From Octopus vulgaris (Eukaryota): a DNA stretch of 64,000 nucleotides. Below are positions 14,697-28,233 of the stretch, in pieces (the first letter of the stretch is position 1; each line of letters starts with the position of its first letter). A program made the translations under genes and the position numbers. The stretch is taken from NCBI GenBank assembly GCA_951406725.2, contig OX597826.1:5704001-5768000 (forward strand), given 5' to 3'. The notes under the pieces were generated by a model. The model did not search any database and was not told the DNA's origin. It worked only from the letters and a program-made list of their open reading frames with translations.

Positions 14697-14932
14697 CTCA
14701 GATAGCACATAAATACAAATATATATATATATACATACAACTTACGATATACTTACATATACGAACGTATACATGCATATATATGCACGTATGCAACGAC
14801 CAGTTTAAATTGCCCGCCTAAAGCTCCTCGTGTGATATGGTCAAAATACCACCGCAGTGAATATAATAACAAAATAAGACATCCTTATTTATATAAATTT
14901 ATACATGTATGTATATACGTATATATATTCTT

Positions 14933-15114
14933 TTTTTTCTGGCGAAGGCCTGTTTATGGGATTACCCTGGGTTTCCCGTCCATAACGGCTTTATCTTTAT
15001 GGCGTATCGTCAGACTCCGAGATCTCATGCCCTGACGATACACAATAAAGTTTAAAATTTTATGAACTGGAAACAGAGGGTAACCCCCATAAACGGTTTC
15101 TTCGCTAGAAAAAA
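14933..15114. ncRNA. Fold-back element made of two divergent decayed hammerhead motifs
   Basis: Arms are 14933-15013 and 15032-15114. Minus arm: CTGACGA-tacgCCATAA...TTATGGacgg-GAAA-CCC A GGG-TA. Plus arm: CTGACGA...GAAA-CAGAGGG-TA. Confidence 0.6.
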
Positions 15115-15172
15115 CATAGACTTCTCCACTTAGAGTGTGATTCTCCGGATTTATGTTTTTCTAGAAAACCAT

Positions 15173-15242
<70 letters not shown>

Positions 15243-15896
15243 TATTGTGTCTGGGGAGAGTCATTGTCTTTTAATACCCTATGACTTAAAACACTCACCG
15301 GTAAAATTTCCACTGATTTATTTCATTTTTCTAAAATTTTCGTTGCATTTTGCAACCTTTTCAATAGTTTTGACTGTTCGTTATTCACTCTACGTTCCTT
15401 TTCGTTTGTTTGTGCGTATGTGTGTGGAGGGGGTAGTGTTTATGTAACTACACATGCATCTATGATATATATGCATGCATGTGTGTATACGTATGTATTT
15501 TGTGTGTGCATATGTGTATATGCATGTGTGCATATTTGTACGTATGTATTCTGCATATTTATGTGTTTCCGTGTCTCTCTGTGATTTTATGTATGTGCGT
15601 GTGTGTGTGTTTGTATATGTGTGTGTGTACCTCTGTCTCCTTGTGTGCATATCTGAGTACGTATGTGTTTTGCGACCATGTACCGTGCTTGCATGCATGG
15701 ATGTGTATCTCCCTATGTTTGGAGGTGTGTCACTATATGTCTCCTTCTGAAATGTAACGTTTGTGTGTATATATGGTCATATGTTTCAGTCTCCATTGGT
15801 GTATGTGTGCATATATGTGGTTGTCTGTTCATATATCCTATGTTCCTATCCGTCTGTATGTTGATGTGTACATTCATATCCATATGTTTATATACA

Positions 15897-15938
<42 letters not shown>

Positions 15939-16099
15939 CATACATGCATACATCTATTTACATAACAGCCCACTAACTATTCTACTCTACCTGTGTAAAC
16001 TGTGGGTATGGGGTATCATATCTACTATGTATCTTTGCTATGTAGTATTGGGGAAGTTTCATTTATGAGGACGTACTCATGTATTTGTCTGAGTGTTGG

Positions 16100-17782
16100 G
16101 TCCTTTGGGTGCTTGGATAAGATGCGGATGTCAAGTTGACCCAGGTTTCCTCAATGTTGGTCCGTGGGATATTGGTAGAGTATGGAGGACTGTTTTTTGA
16201 CGTAATATTGTCTGAAATGTTCATTTAGTTGTTTCGCAATATTCCTAGATGTCTCTCCTATATATGTAATGTTCATGTGTTTACAAGCACCTTCTATGCA
16301 TTTTCTCCTGTAAATTACATTTCTAGTTCTATAGTTAATGCCAGGGCTAACCCTACATACAATGCAGTTATCATTGGTGCATATGGTATTCTCGAAGAGG
16401 TACATCATACATAGTAGTAACCTGACGGATGTCCCTGGCTTTTCAAAAATTTTAATGCTGAGTTTGGTCTCCTTCGGAGCTTTTCTAAATCTGCGGTCCA
16501 GTTCTCCATGGGATGTGGCCTCTGCAACCATCACTCCTTGATATTTGTCCGTTTTATACCACATATTCACCCTCTTTGCTTTGTCAGAAGTTCATTTTAT
16601 CCTATTCCAGTCTTCGTTTCTATATCTAGGGTAGGGACCACTGGTATCATTACGTATAATGTTATCTAATTTCCTTCTATCACCCCTGTATACTCGAACC
16701 CTATCATTCTAATCATATCCAGAGAATTGTATGCGGTGAATGAAGTTCTGTATATGTTTTTCCGTTTCATAGTGTTCTCATAGTGGGGACACGTTGATCA
16801 TTATCCTCACTCAGTCTGCTATCAGTATGTTCATTTCAATGTTGTGTGACAAAGCTGAGTTCTGGTGAACAACATATTTTGAAGCTATGGATTTCATGTA
16901 ATAGGAGTGCAGGAGCTGCACTTTATTGTTCGCAGTCTCTAACCAAAATTCAGTATCAAGTACAGCAAGTTTATTGTTGGGGTGCTTCGTGGGGTAATCT
17001 ATAGTCACCTTGATACTTTGGTGAATGGAGTTAATTATTTGCTGGATGCTCTCCATCACGTTACTCTCAGTTTCTACACTACGGTTACTAGTGTTGGTCC
17101 TAACTATGATATTAATGTCATCTACATTTCTACTGTAGAGTAGAATAGTTGTGGACTGTTCTGATAACATATGCTTACGTTTTCTGTCCCACCAAGTCAT
17201 GAAGAGGCCGGCCACAAGTTCAGTTACACCGACACCGATGGCTGCACCGTGAACCAGGCATGTATAATCTTTTGTTAAACTTTACTCTGAGGTTCTCCAA
17301 GGTGATTTTAACGCTGGCCCGTATTGAATGTGCAGTCATATCTTTCACCTGATTGTTGTTCTCAGGGTTTTGGGTGGGTGCGGTCCAGCCACTCCAGTGC
17401 TCTGGGGTGTTTTTCTTCACTGCTAAAGTGATGATGGGCCGTCTTCATCTCTGTGACCTGGCCGGGCAGAATCTACTGAGATCAAGGTCATCTAATTAGT
17501 CACTGTCGTAGGTTGGTCTGAAGAGGAGTCCCAGTTCTATCGCGTTGACTTTACGGAACTCCACCTCACTCTCACAGAATACCTAAATGCATTTCTCCAC
17601 AGCCAAATCTATGTCTATAGATGGGTAGAGTGAAATCACATCCATACTACCCACTACAGAACTGTGAAGTCTTTCGAATGGTTGCAAATACTGATTTTAC
17701 TGAGATCTTCCGTGCTCACACATACATCTGGAGACATCCCTATGAGAGGTCGTAATACCTGTGAGAGGAGGTAGGAGAGTCT
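16100..17782 (-). mobile_element. Degenerate Penelope-like element: RT plus GIY-YIG endonuclease
   Basis: RT pieces GAAIGVGV, AGLFMTWWD, YSRNVDDINI and VTIDYP..PNNKLAVLD. Endonuclease piece RTRNVIYRRKC...ITYIGETSRNI. The 5' end is truncated at (TA)n(TG)n. Confidence 0.88.
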
Positions 17783-17806
17783 ATAGTTGCTGGGGATATT
17801 CGCTCT

Positions 17807-17901
<95 letters not shown>

Positions 17902-18955
17902 GTGTGAATTGCGAAATTCATATATTTAGACTCAGGATGCCCAGAGCAAAGGAAAAAATACATGTTCTACTATTCCTATTCGAACGCTAAGAAATTTCCT
18001 AGAAGTGCATCAGAAAAAAATGCCATAGTTTCCATTGGACACGGTGTAGTTGATAGAATAGACCCCAGAATACACTGGTATGTAATTGAACTGCGAATGG
18101 AATGAATAGAATTTAAATTATATAAGTGACTTAATCCAAAGCTCTGCTTTTCAGCAAACATATCAAGGTAATATACAGAATTATTACAAGGTATATCAAC
18201 TCTTTTGAGAATACATTCAAGATTGAATTCTTGGAATGGATTGAAACGCGTTAAAAGTGAGAAGAGGCGATTTTGGAATAAATGATTTGAGCTGACAGGG
18301 AAAAATAGGATTACGAAACAAGATTAATGAGAAAATAATGAGAAATTTGTTTACGAGACTCAAACCCGAGATTAGGTTTTCTTTAAGCTTTAAACGAGTT
18401 GCTTGAGGAAACTACCAAGTAGTATGACTGGGAGAAAGAATTCAGAAACCATTGGGGAACACAAATGGAAAATGGATGCTGATAAAAAAAGCAAAAACAA
18501 TAAAAATGAAAAAAAATATTGAAGGAACGATTAAGTGGTAGGAAAAACTTTAGATTTATGTTTAAATGTTGCACATCAGCTTTAGGTTTAAATCATTCAG
18601 GGTTTAAGAGGATTATTTTATCAACATATGGGAATCTTTTCGACAAAATATTGCATATGGATAAATTATGGTATCTTAGTGAAAAGGAATGTCATAATTG
18701 GCTCTGGTAAGTTCGAATAAGAAAAAAATAAAATGGAAAACCAATACGATACTATTCAACAGGTTTACTGAAAGAACGAATAAGAAATAAGGTATAAAAA
18801 AACCGAAAGAGATGTATCATATGTAAAGATTGACTATGTAATGAAATCTTTAGATCTGGGATATTTCAAGAACTGCGGCATTGAGAGCTTCTGAAAATAT
18901 TTCAATAGATGCGAAAAGATAAATGCAACAGTAACATGTCACTCTACCCATAATG

Positions 18956-19056
<101 letters not shown>

Positions 19057-19072
19057 AATAATAATATTAATG

Positions 19073-19123
<51 letters not shown>

Positions 19124-19379
19124 GTAAACTTATGATAGTAGTAGTAGTAGTAGTAGTAGTAGTAGAAATTACTGTTGCTGTTGTTGTGGTTCATAGTAGA
19201 ATAATACCAGCACACTTAGGATCAACCTCTTCCCAGTCATGACCATCACGTCTTACATCAGGGGACAAGTATGGTGGAATGGTCTCGCTTTCGATTTTAA
19301 CACCAGTGACTAGTTCTAGATTTATCAGCATCGGTTTCTTCGTTTCTTCTTTCTATCAAATATTTTATTCATATAATAG

Positions 19380-19570
19380 CTGTCCTCCACTGTAGCCTCG
19401 GGCCGAGCAAGTTCTTCAGAGTGGATTTGGTAGACGAAAACTAAAAGAAGCCCATCATATACATATGTGTGTGTGTGTGTGCGCGTGCGGATGTATCTGT
19501 GCTCGTCTTCCATCACTGCTTGGCAACTGGTGCTGATGTGTTTTTGTCACCGTAATGTAGCGGTTCGGCA
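19380..19570 (+). mobile_element. Internal fragment of the SINE family of 27997-28418
   Basis: TAGCCTCGGGCCGA...GAGTGGATTTGGTAGACGAAAACTAAAAGAAGCCC...GCGGTTCGGCA. Confidence 0.7.
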
Positions 19571-19676
19571 TAAGTGATTTTTGTCTATACTAAAGCTATT
19601 CATTCATATAAAAATACTTGTATCCCTAAAGCGTAATAGTAGTGTTATCTACTACTACTACTACTACTACTACTAC

Positions 19677-19707
<31 letters not shown>

Positions 19708-19709
19708 CG

Positions 19710-20062
19710 GGGCACTCCGTCGGTTAGGACGACGAGGGCTCCAGTTAATACGATCAAGTGAAATTAACATGCAAGTGGCTGAGCACTCACAGACACGTGT
19801 GCCCTTAACGTAGTTCCCGGGGAGATTTAGCGTGACGCAGAGTGTGACAAGGCTGGCCCCTTGGAATACAGGTAACACAGAAACAGGAAGAAAGTGTGAG
19901 AGAAAGTTGTGGTGAAAGTGTACAGCACGGTTCGCCACCCCGCCCTGCCAGAGCCTCATGGAGCTTTAGGAATTTTCGCTCAATAAACACTCATAACGCC
20001 CGGTCAGGGAATCGATGCTACGACCGCCATTCTGCTACCCTAACTCTTGCGCCATTGCTTCT
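19710..20062 (-). mobile_element. tRNA-type SINE between (AAT)n and (CTA)n tracts
   Basis: The head resembles the copies at 28597 and 59767 (GAGAAAGTTGT.G.GAAAG, GGTTCGCCA, ATAAACAC, CCCGGTC). The tail is shared with the 6225 copy. Confidence 0.75.
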
Positions 20063-20079
20063 CCAACGATGCTACTACC

Positions 20080-20228
<149 letters not shown>

Positions 20229-20269
20229 TAATACTACTACTACTACTACTACTTGTTGAAGTATCGTCA

Positions 20270-20580
20270 TTATCTATCCCCCTAGAGCATGCTTATTTCT
20301 TTAGAAAGTGCTTTATTTTGAAGTTTGGTGGCAACAAGTCTTCTCAAACTTGCAGAATCTTTCTGAGGATTTTCACAGAATATAGAATCTTATTTTTCTG
20401 CAGGTTAACAAAGCGAGTTCAATTTCAGCCTCTTTCAATCTTTAAGGTAGCATTTTCGGTGTTGTGCCAAGTGCACTAATTACTGCAGGAATAATTGTTG
20501 CTTTAGTCTTCCATACTCCACACAATACTCTGGCTAGATCCTGATATTTCTTAACTTTTTCTATTTCTTTGTGTGCAACA
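20270..20580 (-). mobile_element. 3' fragment of an R4/Dong-type RLE retroelement
   Basis: Minus strand gives KEIEKVKKYQDLARVLCGVWKTKATIIPAVISALGT, homologous to KLRKYKDL...WHLKAVTIPVIVGALG in the 46.5 kb element. Confidence 0.7.
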
Positions 20581-20969
20581 TAGTGATTTCATATCAAGAT
20601 TAAACAGCGCATGAGCTTGCAGGTGGGGCCCAGTTAGAATTTTCTTTTGGTCGAGTAACCCATCCCGCTCAAAAGGTCCCTGAATAAGGATTCTTTAAGG
20701 ATGTTGAACGAAACACCCATGGTTCCAAAGGTGAATTATTCAAGCCCCAAAGAATCCTTTCAACACATGGCTATAATGCTACCCCCCTACTTCTGCTTGT
20801 GATCAGAGATGCACATATCGTCATCCACTAAGTGACATGGTCAACAGGTTAATGTCAAACAACTGACAAGCAAATCTCGTGGTATTGAGCAGAATATTTG
20901 CTGTAGCCCATCTTTTATACCAAGACAAAACTATGCACATGATAACACTTCGAATCAGTTAAGATCAGA

Positions 20970-21029
<60 letters not shown>

Positions 21030-21564
21030 TGAGTAAGGTTACACTTGATTACTGATCATGTATCAAGGACCCTGCGGAGGAAAGATTTTTGTCTCGGTGT
21101 TCTATCCTTACATTCGGTCCAATGTTTTTGAGCCATGTTATTATTTGAACACCAATACTTCCAAGTGCACCAATCCCTTGTTCCTTAATTGCCCGCAACC
21201 TGCACATTTCCCTCTTCAATTCCTCATGGTTGTTCACTTCTCCTTTCTCTTCAATTCTTTTGTCACTAGGAAATGTTATCTCAATTATCAGGCATATTTT
21301 GTTTTCTTTTCTGTTCACTAAAAAATGCCAGGATTTTGCTGTTGAATCTGATGGTCACTGTGAATCATTAATATCCCTCATGATTTTGCTATCCTCATTC
21401 TTAGTAACTACTTCTGGCATTTGGTCATACCATTTCATTGATCTTTTTAGGCCATAAATTCCACAAAGTCTTTTATACCAAGACTAACTTCTTCTTCTTC
21501 TCCTTCTTCTTCTTCTTCTTCTTCTTCTTCTTCTTCTTTTTATTATTATTATTATTATTATTGC

Positions 21565-21649
<85 letters not shown>

Positions 21650-21976
21650 GAATAATGGTTGCTTAAGGATGTTGAACGAAACACCCATGTTTCCAGAGGT
21701 GAATTATCCAAACCCTAAAGAATTCCTTTCAACACATGTCTATAATGCTCTCCCACTACTTCTGCTTGTGATCAGAGATGCACATATCGTCATCCACTAA
21801 GTGACATGGTCAACAGGTTAATGTCAAACAACTGACAAGCAAATCTCGTGGTATTGAGCAGAATATTTGCTATAGCCTTCTTTTATACCAAGACAAAACA
21901 ATGTACATGATAACACTTCCAATCAGTTGAGATGAGAAGATATGAGAGTCACTGCCTAATACTGCATCAAGGCATC

Positions 21977-22025
<49 letters not shown>

Positions 22026-22500
22026 GAGTGAGAGAGCAGTTCATGCCATCAAAGTGACATTGGGGTAAAATATACGAAGCCCAATATACCCATCATGACT
22101 ACCCGTCTGATAAGGGCACACCAGGCACATGCATCACAACCATATGTGCGCGACATGGTGATCTCATATCAAGATAAACTGCACATGACCTTGCAGGTGG
22201 GGCCCAGTTAGAATTCCCTTCAGGTTGAGTAGCCCATCCCGCTCAAACGGTCCCTGAATAAGGGTTGTTTAAGGATGTTGAAAAAACCACCCCAATCTCC
22301 AGAGGTGAATTATTCAAACCCCAAAGAATCCCTCTCAACACATGGCTATGATGCTCCCCCACTACTTCTGCTTGTGATCAGAGATGCACATATCGTCAGC
22401 CACTAAGGGACATGCTCAACTGGCTAAGGTCAAACAACTGACAAACAAATCTGTGGTATTGAGCAGAATATTTGCTGTAGCCCATCTTTTATACCATTAG
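20580..22500. repeat. Three truncated copies (20580-20970, 21655-21978, 22026-22493) of one interspersed element, each bordered by (ATT)n
   Basis: All three share AAGGATGTTGAA, GGTGAATTAT, CTACTTCTGCTTGTGATCAGAGATGCACATATCGTCA and GGTATTGAGCAGAATATTTGCT. Confidence 0.88.
21030..21480 (-). mobile_element. Second decayed R4/Dong-type RLE domain fragment next to (ATT)n
   Basis: WYDQMPEVVTKNEDSKI...KENKICLIIEITFPSDKRIEEK...GIGALG parallels WYYHHPEAVTEGENVTI...NKICLLIDMSI...VGALG in the 46.5 kb element. Confidence 0.75.
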
Positions 22501-22506
22501 CCCATC

Positions 22507-22572
<66 letters not shown>

Positions 22573-22641
22573 CATTATTATTACTATTATTATTAATATT
22601 ATTATCATTATTTGTAGTAGTAGTAGTTTTAGTAGTAGTAA

Positions 22642-22707
<66 letters not shown>

Positions 22708-24310
22708 CAGCACAAGTAATAGTAGCGCTAGTAATTGCTGTAGTAGTAGCGGTGATAGAAATTGTCTTTGTCTGGCACCAATATAAGTCATTATTAAAAC
22801 TGAAAGACAAGAAATATAATTAGGAATGGATTTCTGATATATATATATTTTTTGTTAAATGACTTAAGGTGAAAACAAACATCTAATATTTGTTTGATAA
22901 TTATATATTTTACGGTATAAGCTACAAGACGAGACAATAAAGTCGAATATAACTTTTATATACTATGTGTATGCGTACATATAAACACATATGTATATAC
23001 ATACGTACAAAGATATGTGTGTGCGTGTGCGTTTGTGTATGTATATACGTATACGTATATTTGTGTGCTTGTGTGTGTTTGTGTGTAAATAAGAGATTGA
23101 GAGATGACTCTTCCGCTTTTCTGAATTTCGGAAATGTTGTAATTAACACGATAAAGTTGCAAAATATCTTCATTTGTAAGCGAACAATATTTTTCCAATT
23201 TTGTTTGTGTGTATAAATTAATTATGATTAAGTCGATGATTCTTACAGAATTTGGGTTCGTTCGAATAAGTAGGAAAATAATTTCACCTTTGAGGAGGAA
23301 CTGAATGTAATGCCTCGATTATTGAAATACTGTAAGCTCGAATATTTCCCTGCGTTTGAATATAACATTTACCGGCCCATTAGACTTTCAGATGTTTATA
23401 CGGCAGAAGAATTAAATGTTATTTGAGTTTTTTTCTGTTTTCAAATTCATAAAATTTTAAGGAACATTAATACTGATAACCAAGAATTTCCCCACAAGGC
23501 GACGAAATTTGGAGAGATGTCTCATTTAAATATAGGCTCAAATTCTTTCTCTGCAGTTTCTTTCCTCTGCCTATAGGAGGCGCGCAGGTAGATGTAAACC
23601 AGTAGAAAAATCAGACTTTTCATATGGAAACGGAAGCAATTATACAGATATATAACGTTCACTATGATATGACGTTGAATACACATATGTCTACTAATCC
23701 TTCACTCAGATTAAATGTACACACGTTTCCTTCTTATTATATGAATTTACACCCCTAAAGAAATATCATAATCAATATCGAAATGTATTGTATGCAGCAG
23801 GTCTAAATTATATAGACAACTGGAAAATCTTACTGACGAAATTTTCTCTGGAAATGCAAGAAAAATTAACGATGAATCTTATTGCACTGATATTGGCATA
23901 CATAATCACAAAGGTATACAGTAGCATATGTATGAGTTGAAACATACCTGTATGTTGTAAAGATGTAATTGTAGAATTAGCATTTTCGGCATTTATTCTT
24001 TTACTGCGGCCATGATGGAGCATCGCCTTGAAGGTTTTTTAGTCGAAGAAATCAACACCAGGACTTATTGTGTTTTAAGCCTCCTACTTATTCTATCGGT
24101 ATTTTGTCCAACCTGTAAGTTACTGAGACGTAAGCACACGAACAACGGTTGTCAAGCGGTAACGAGGGTGGAGAAGGCAAGAATAGGAACAAAATCCCAC
24201 ACAGGTATATACATACATATATATTTATATATGTATTTATATATACATATGTATCTATATGCATATATAAATGAATAAATGGGGTTAAACGCAGGTATAA
24301 ATGAAATACT

Positions 24311-24402
24311 TTTACATTCAACACATGTTTCGAAGATTTCACTGATGTTATTCAAAAGAATAAAAGCTATAAAACAATGCAATCTTCTCTTCAGGGAAGT
24401 GA
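24311..24402 (-). ncRNA. Hammerhead ribozyme candidate with a long stem II, same family as 55972-56063
   Basis: CTGAAGA-GAAGATT...AATCTTC-GAAA-CATGTG-TT-GAATG. Stem II has 7 perfect bp and stem I is decayed. Confidence 0.65.
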
Positions 24403-24511
24403 AAAAACGAAATTTGACAATAAGACTTTTTAACAGAAAATGATGGATATGTATAGGGATTTACAGAACGCTATTAAGATTGTTTGAAAAAACGTTATAT
24501 GATATATATGT

Positions 24512-24595
<84 letters not shown>

Positions 24596-24726
24596 GTTGT
24601 ATATTGTCAACTTAACGTGACAGTCCTGTAACGGAATTAGCCTTAGGAATCATCAACGCTTCCTGTCGGCCTTGACACATTGCCTGTGTCCTTCTATATT
24701 TACGAAGGGAAGACAAACACCCCAAA

Positions 24727-24807
24727 CAGCTAGGCCTGCACCTAGAGACATGCATGTTTCTGGGCCTTTCCCATCATCAGTCTAGAGTAGCAGAGGCCTG
24801 CTAGCTG
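24727..24807 (-). ncRNA. Intact minimal type I hammerhead ribozyme
   Basis: TCTAGA-CTGATGA-TGGG aaagg CCCA-GAAA-CATGCATG-TC-TCTAGG. All core nucleotides are present, the cleavage triplet is GUC, stem III is palindromic, and stem I extends via CTGC/GCAG and CAGCTAG/CTAGCTG. Confidence 0.9.
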
Positions 24808-24871
24808 AAGATATTTGTCTAGACTTCGTAAATATATATATATATATTTTTTCAGTGAAGTTTATTCACTG

Positions 24872-24941
<70 letters not shown>

Positions 24942-25139
24942 TAATATATATACATATATGTATCAATGTATTTGTGTGTGTCTGTGTTCCCAAATCAATT
25001 AAACAGCCGGTGTTTGTGTGTTTACGACCTCGCAAACTTTTCTCTACATGAGCTGACATATAGACAGACATTTCACTTTAAAGTTGGATATTTAGCATTC
25101 GCTATGAATAAATTCAGTATTTGGAAGGAGAGTAGGAAA

Positions 25140-25397
25140 GTATGGTAAAGTTACCTTCGCTAGTCATACTGAATCATAAAGGTCGATTTCCCAGTTTCAT
25201 GACGTATATATGTTCCCCACCTGAATGAGACGCCGGTCGGTCGCAGTATCATTTATTTTTGACAGGTGAGTGTAACTGGAGGAAGGTGAATCGAAGTGTT
25301 TTGCTCAAGAACAGAACGCCTCGCCTGTTCCAAGGACCGAAATCACAATCTTACGGTCATGAGTCCAACACTCTAACCGCTAAACTATGCGCCTCCA
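25140..25397 (-). mobile_element. Decayed tRNA-type SINE
   Basis: Ends with GAGTCCAACACTCTAACCGCTAAACTATGCGCCTCC, the reverse complement of a GGAGGCGC...GTTAGAG tRNA-like head. Confidence 0.6.
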
Positions 25398-25601
25398 ATT
25401 TAGAGCACGCAATACTGAGTACGCTGAAAGTACTAATATTGATAATCTTCGAAATATAGTGTATTCTTCCCACAATTACTGAGCTTGGACTCTTTCAATT
25501 CATGTGTAGACACACACACATACTCTCACATACATATATATATATATGTATGTATACATGTATATATATGTGCGTGTGTGTGTGTATAAAATATGTGCCT
25601 A

Positions 25602-25697
<96 letters not shown>

Positions 25698-27400
25698 CAC
25701 AAAATATATGAGGCAGTCTGTTCCAGTATTTGACTCAACGCATAGCTCTATAGAATGAAGAGAAAAGTAACCAAGTGGGAGAAACGGTAGAACTTTTGAT
25801 AAATAAATGTTCTCTGACATTTATTTCTTTTAACTTATGTTTAAGGTACCAATCTCTTTCCTCTTGTGTGTACAAAATTATGAATTACCAGTGAAATACT
25901 GGAATATATTTAATCAATACTCACATCAAAACACCAGCTACATATATACGATATGTACTGATCTCTAAACCTTTGAAGCTATTACAACAACAGTGTGGCG
26001 AGATATTTTTTATTCCATTCATGTCATAGATATTGAGTATTCAGAACTGTTATTTTGTGTCTGGTTATACATCCAAGAAATATTAATAATAAACACATAT
26101 CGACATAATTTCTTTTTGAAATCCGTTTTTGAACCGTAATCATGTAAAAAATAAACGTTAAATATTAGGTGATTCCACGGATCTCACTCCAATGACGTCT
26201 AAAATATAGCGGATATTATACCTTGGTTGCTATATTTTATAATATTCTTCAAGATATAAGAAAATTTAAACAAATATTTTCCACAGCAGTGTATATGTAT
26301 CACAATGTTTTTCTCATACAATATATTACATTAAAATTTAACTTTTCTTTTCTTCCCTGCCTTCTCCAATATTTTCATAGTATACTGATTTTAATGTTTG
26401 AAATATTGTAGATCTAAAGCTTCATGTACGTATACATAATTATTGTATTTCATTCATCTGATTCTGTTTTATAATTGATCGCTTCGGGATAATATTTGAC
26501 AGTATATTTCATTTTCTGCTTTAATTTAATGAAATCAATTTTGCCGGCTACTGTTCCCCAAAATCCCTAATTTGTGTAAAAGCTAAAATTACCTCAGAGT
26601 GATTGAAAACCTATTACAGTTAATCAACATTTAAACAAGGATTTTCTTTTTTTTATTTTTAATATTGATGTATTCTTACTCTTTTTCAATATACATTATT
26701 TCGTTCGACAATGGTTTTTCAGGATCTTTCTCCCAGTACTGCGGCCTGGTGTTTTCCCTAAGCATGTTGTTTAAAGCTTAACAGAAATTCTAATCTTAGC
26801 TCTGAGACTGGTAAACAAATTTTTTTTATTACATTCTATTTAATTCTGCCTCCTAATCCTATTTTTCTCTGTCAGTTCCAAATCATTTTTTTCTAATCTT
26901 GCCTCTAACTTTTTACATATTTGAAGGCATTTTATGATTTCAGTTCTAACATGTATTGTCAAAAATATTATATATCTTAAATATTTCTCTCCAGCATAAA
27001 TGCAGAGATATGTTTAGTATTACTAGAGTTTTGACACTGCTTTGCATTTAAGCTCATTCTTTTCTGTTGGTGAGAAGGCTATTGACAAATTTATGTATTA
27101 CAATACCTTTTGCACTCCATAAACACTTGGGCTTCTACTTTCCACATAACGACACGTTATATTTAGAGGTAGATTATAGGGTGTATGCATGAATTGTAGA
27201 TCATACAGTAAGTAATGAACATTCCAAATTCATGGTTAACCGTAGTCGAATTTCATTTTCATGTTCTCAATCTAACTTAAGCAACCCCAAATAATTCATA
27301 GTCAATATTTCAAGCAACCAAATCACGCATTTCTCTACAGAGTTTCGCTTTCACAGAAAACTTGTTATATCATAAACAAAAGCAAAAAGTGAGCATACAT

Positions 27401-27655
27401 AGGTGTAGGAGTGGCTGTGTGGTAAGTAGCTTGCTTACGAACCACATGGTTCATGGTTCAGTCCTCCACGCATACATATATATATGTATGTGTGTGTGTA
27501 TGTGTATATGTGTATCTGTGTTTGTACCTCCATCCAACATAGAATAAATACTAGGCTTACAAAGTATAAGTCCTGGGGTCGATTTACTCGACAAAAAGTC
27601 GGTGTTACACATGTCCACAGTCACATGACTGAAACAAGTAAAAAAGTAAAAAGAG
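27401..27655 (+). mobile_element. Internally deleted tRNA-type SINE (27997 family)
   Basis: AGGAGTGGCTGTGTGGTAAGTAGCTTGCTT head and ATGACTGAAACAAGTAAAA tail. Confidence 0.8.
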
Positions 27656-27996
27656 AGCGTATACAGCATTTTATTTATTTATCCATCTATTTATATATTT
27701 ATTTATTGTCTTTGTTTAACCTCAAATATTTGAACACCAAAGTTTTTTTACAAACGAAAAGATTCAGAGCCAGGAACAGAGCGTTTTCTTTATAGGGTTT
27801 CCCCTTTACAAAAATCTGGTGAAATCATGAGAAACGGATTACAATATTTAGTTCTGTTAATTACTCGCTGTCTTTAAATACTGCTGAAATTGCTTCAATT
27901 TCTAAAATCGTTTGAACACGTACTTGAGTAATACTTGATTGAATCAAACCAGTTTGAGGTTCCACAAATGAAATTTATTCAATATGAAATTATTCA

Positions 27997-28158
27997 GGCC
28001 CAGGAGTGGCTGTTTGGTAAGTAGCTTTCTTGTCAACCACATGATTCTAGGTTCATTCCCACTGCATGGCACCTTGGGCAAATGTCTTCTACTACAGCCT
28101 CGGGCCGACCAAAGCCTTGTGAGTGGATTTGGCAAACGTAAACTGAAAGAAGCCCGTC

Positions 28159-28233
<75 letters not shown>

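Noticed and set aside
22360-22402. CTGACGA on the minus strand in the triplicated element
   Set aside because: There is no GAAA or stem II, and the box is not conserved in the other two copies.
20580-22500. Repeats alternating with other sequence, superficially CRISPR-like
   Set aside because: The units are hundreds of bp, irregularly truncated and eukaryotic TE-like. There is no constant repeat/spacer period and no cas genes.
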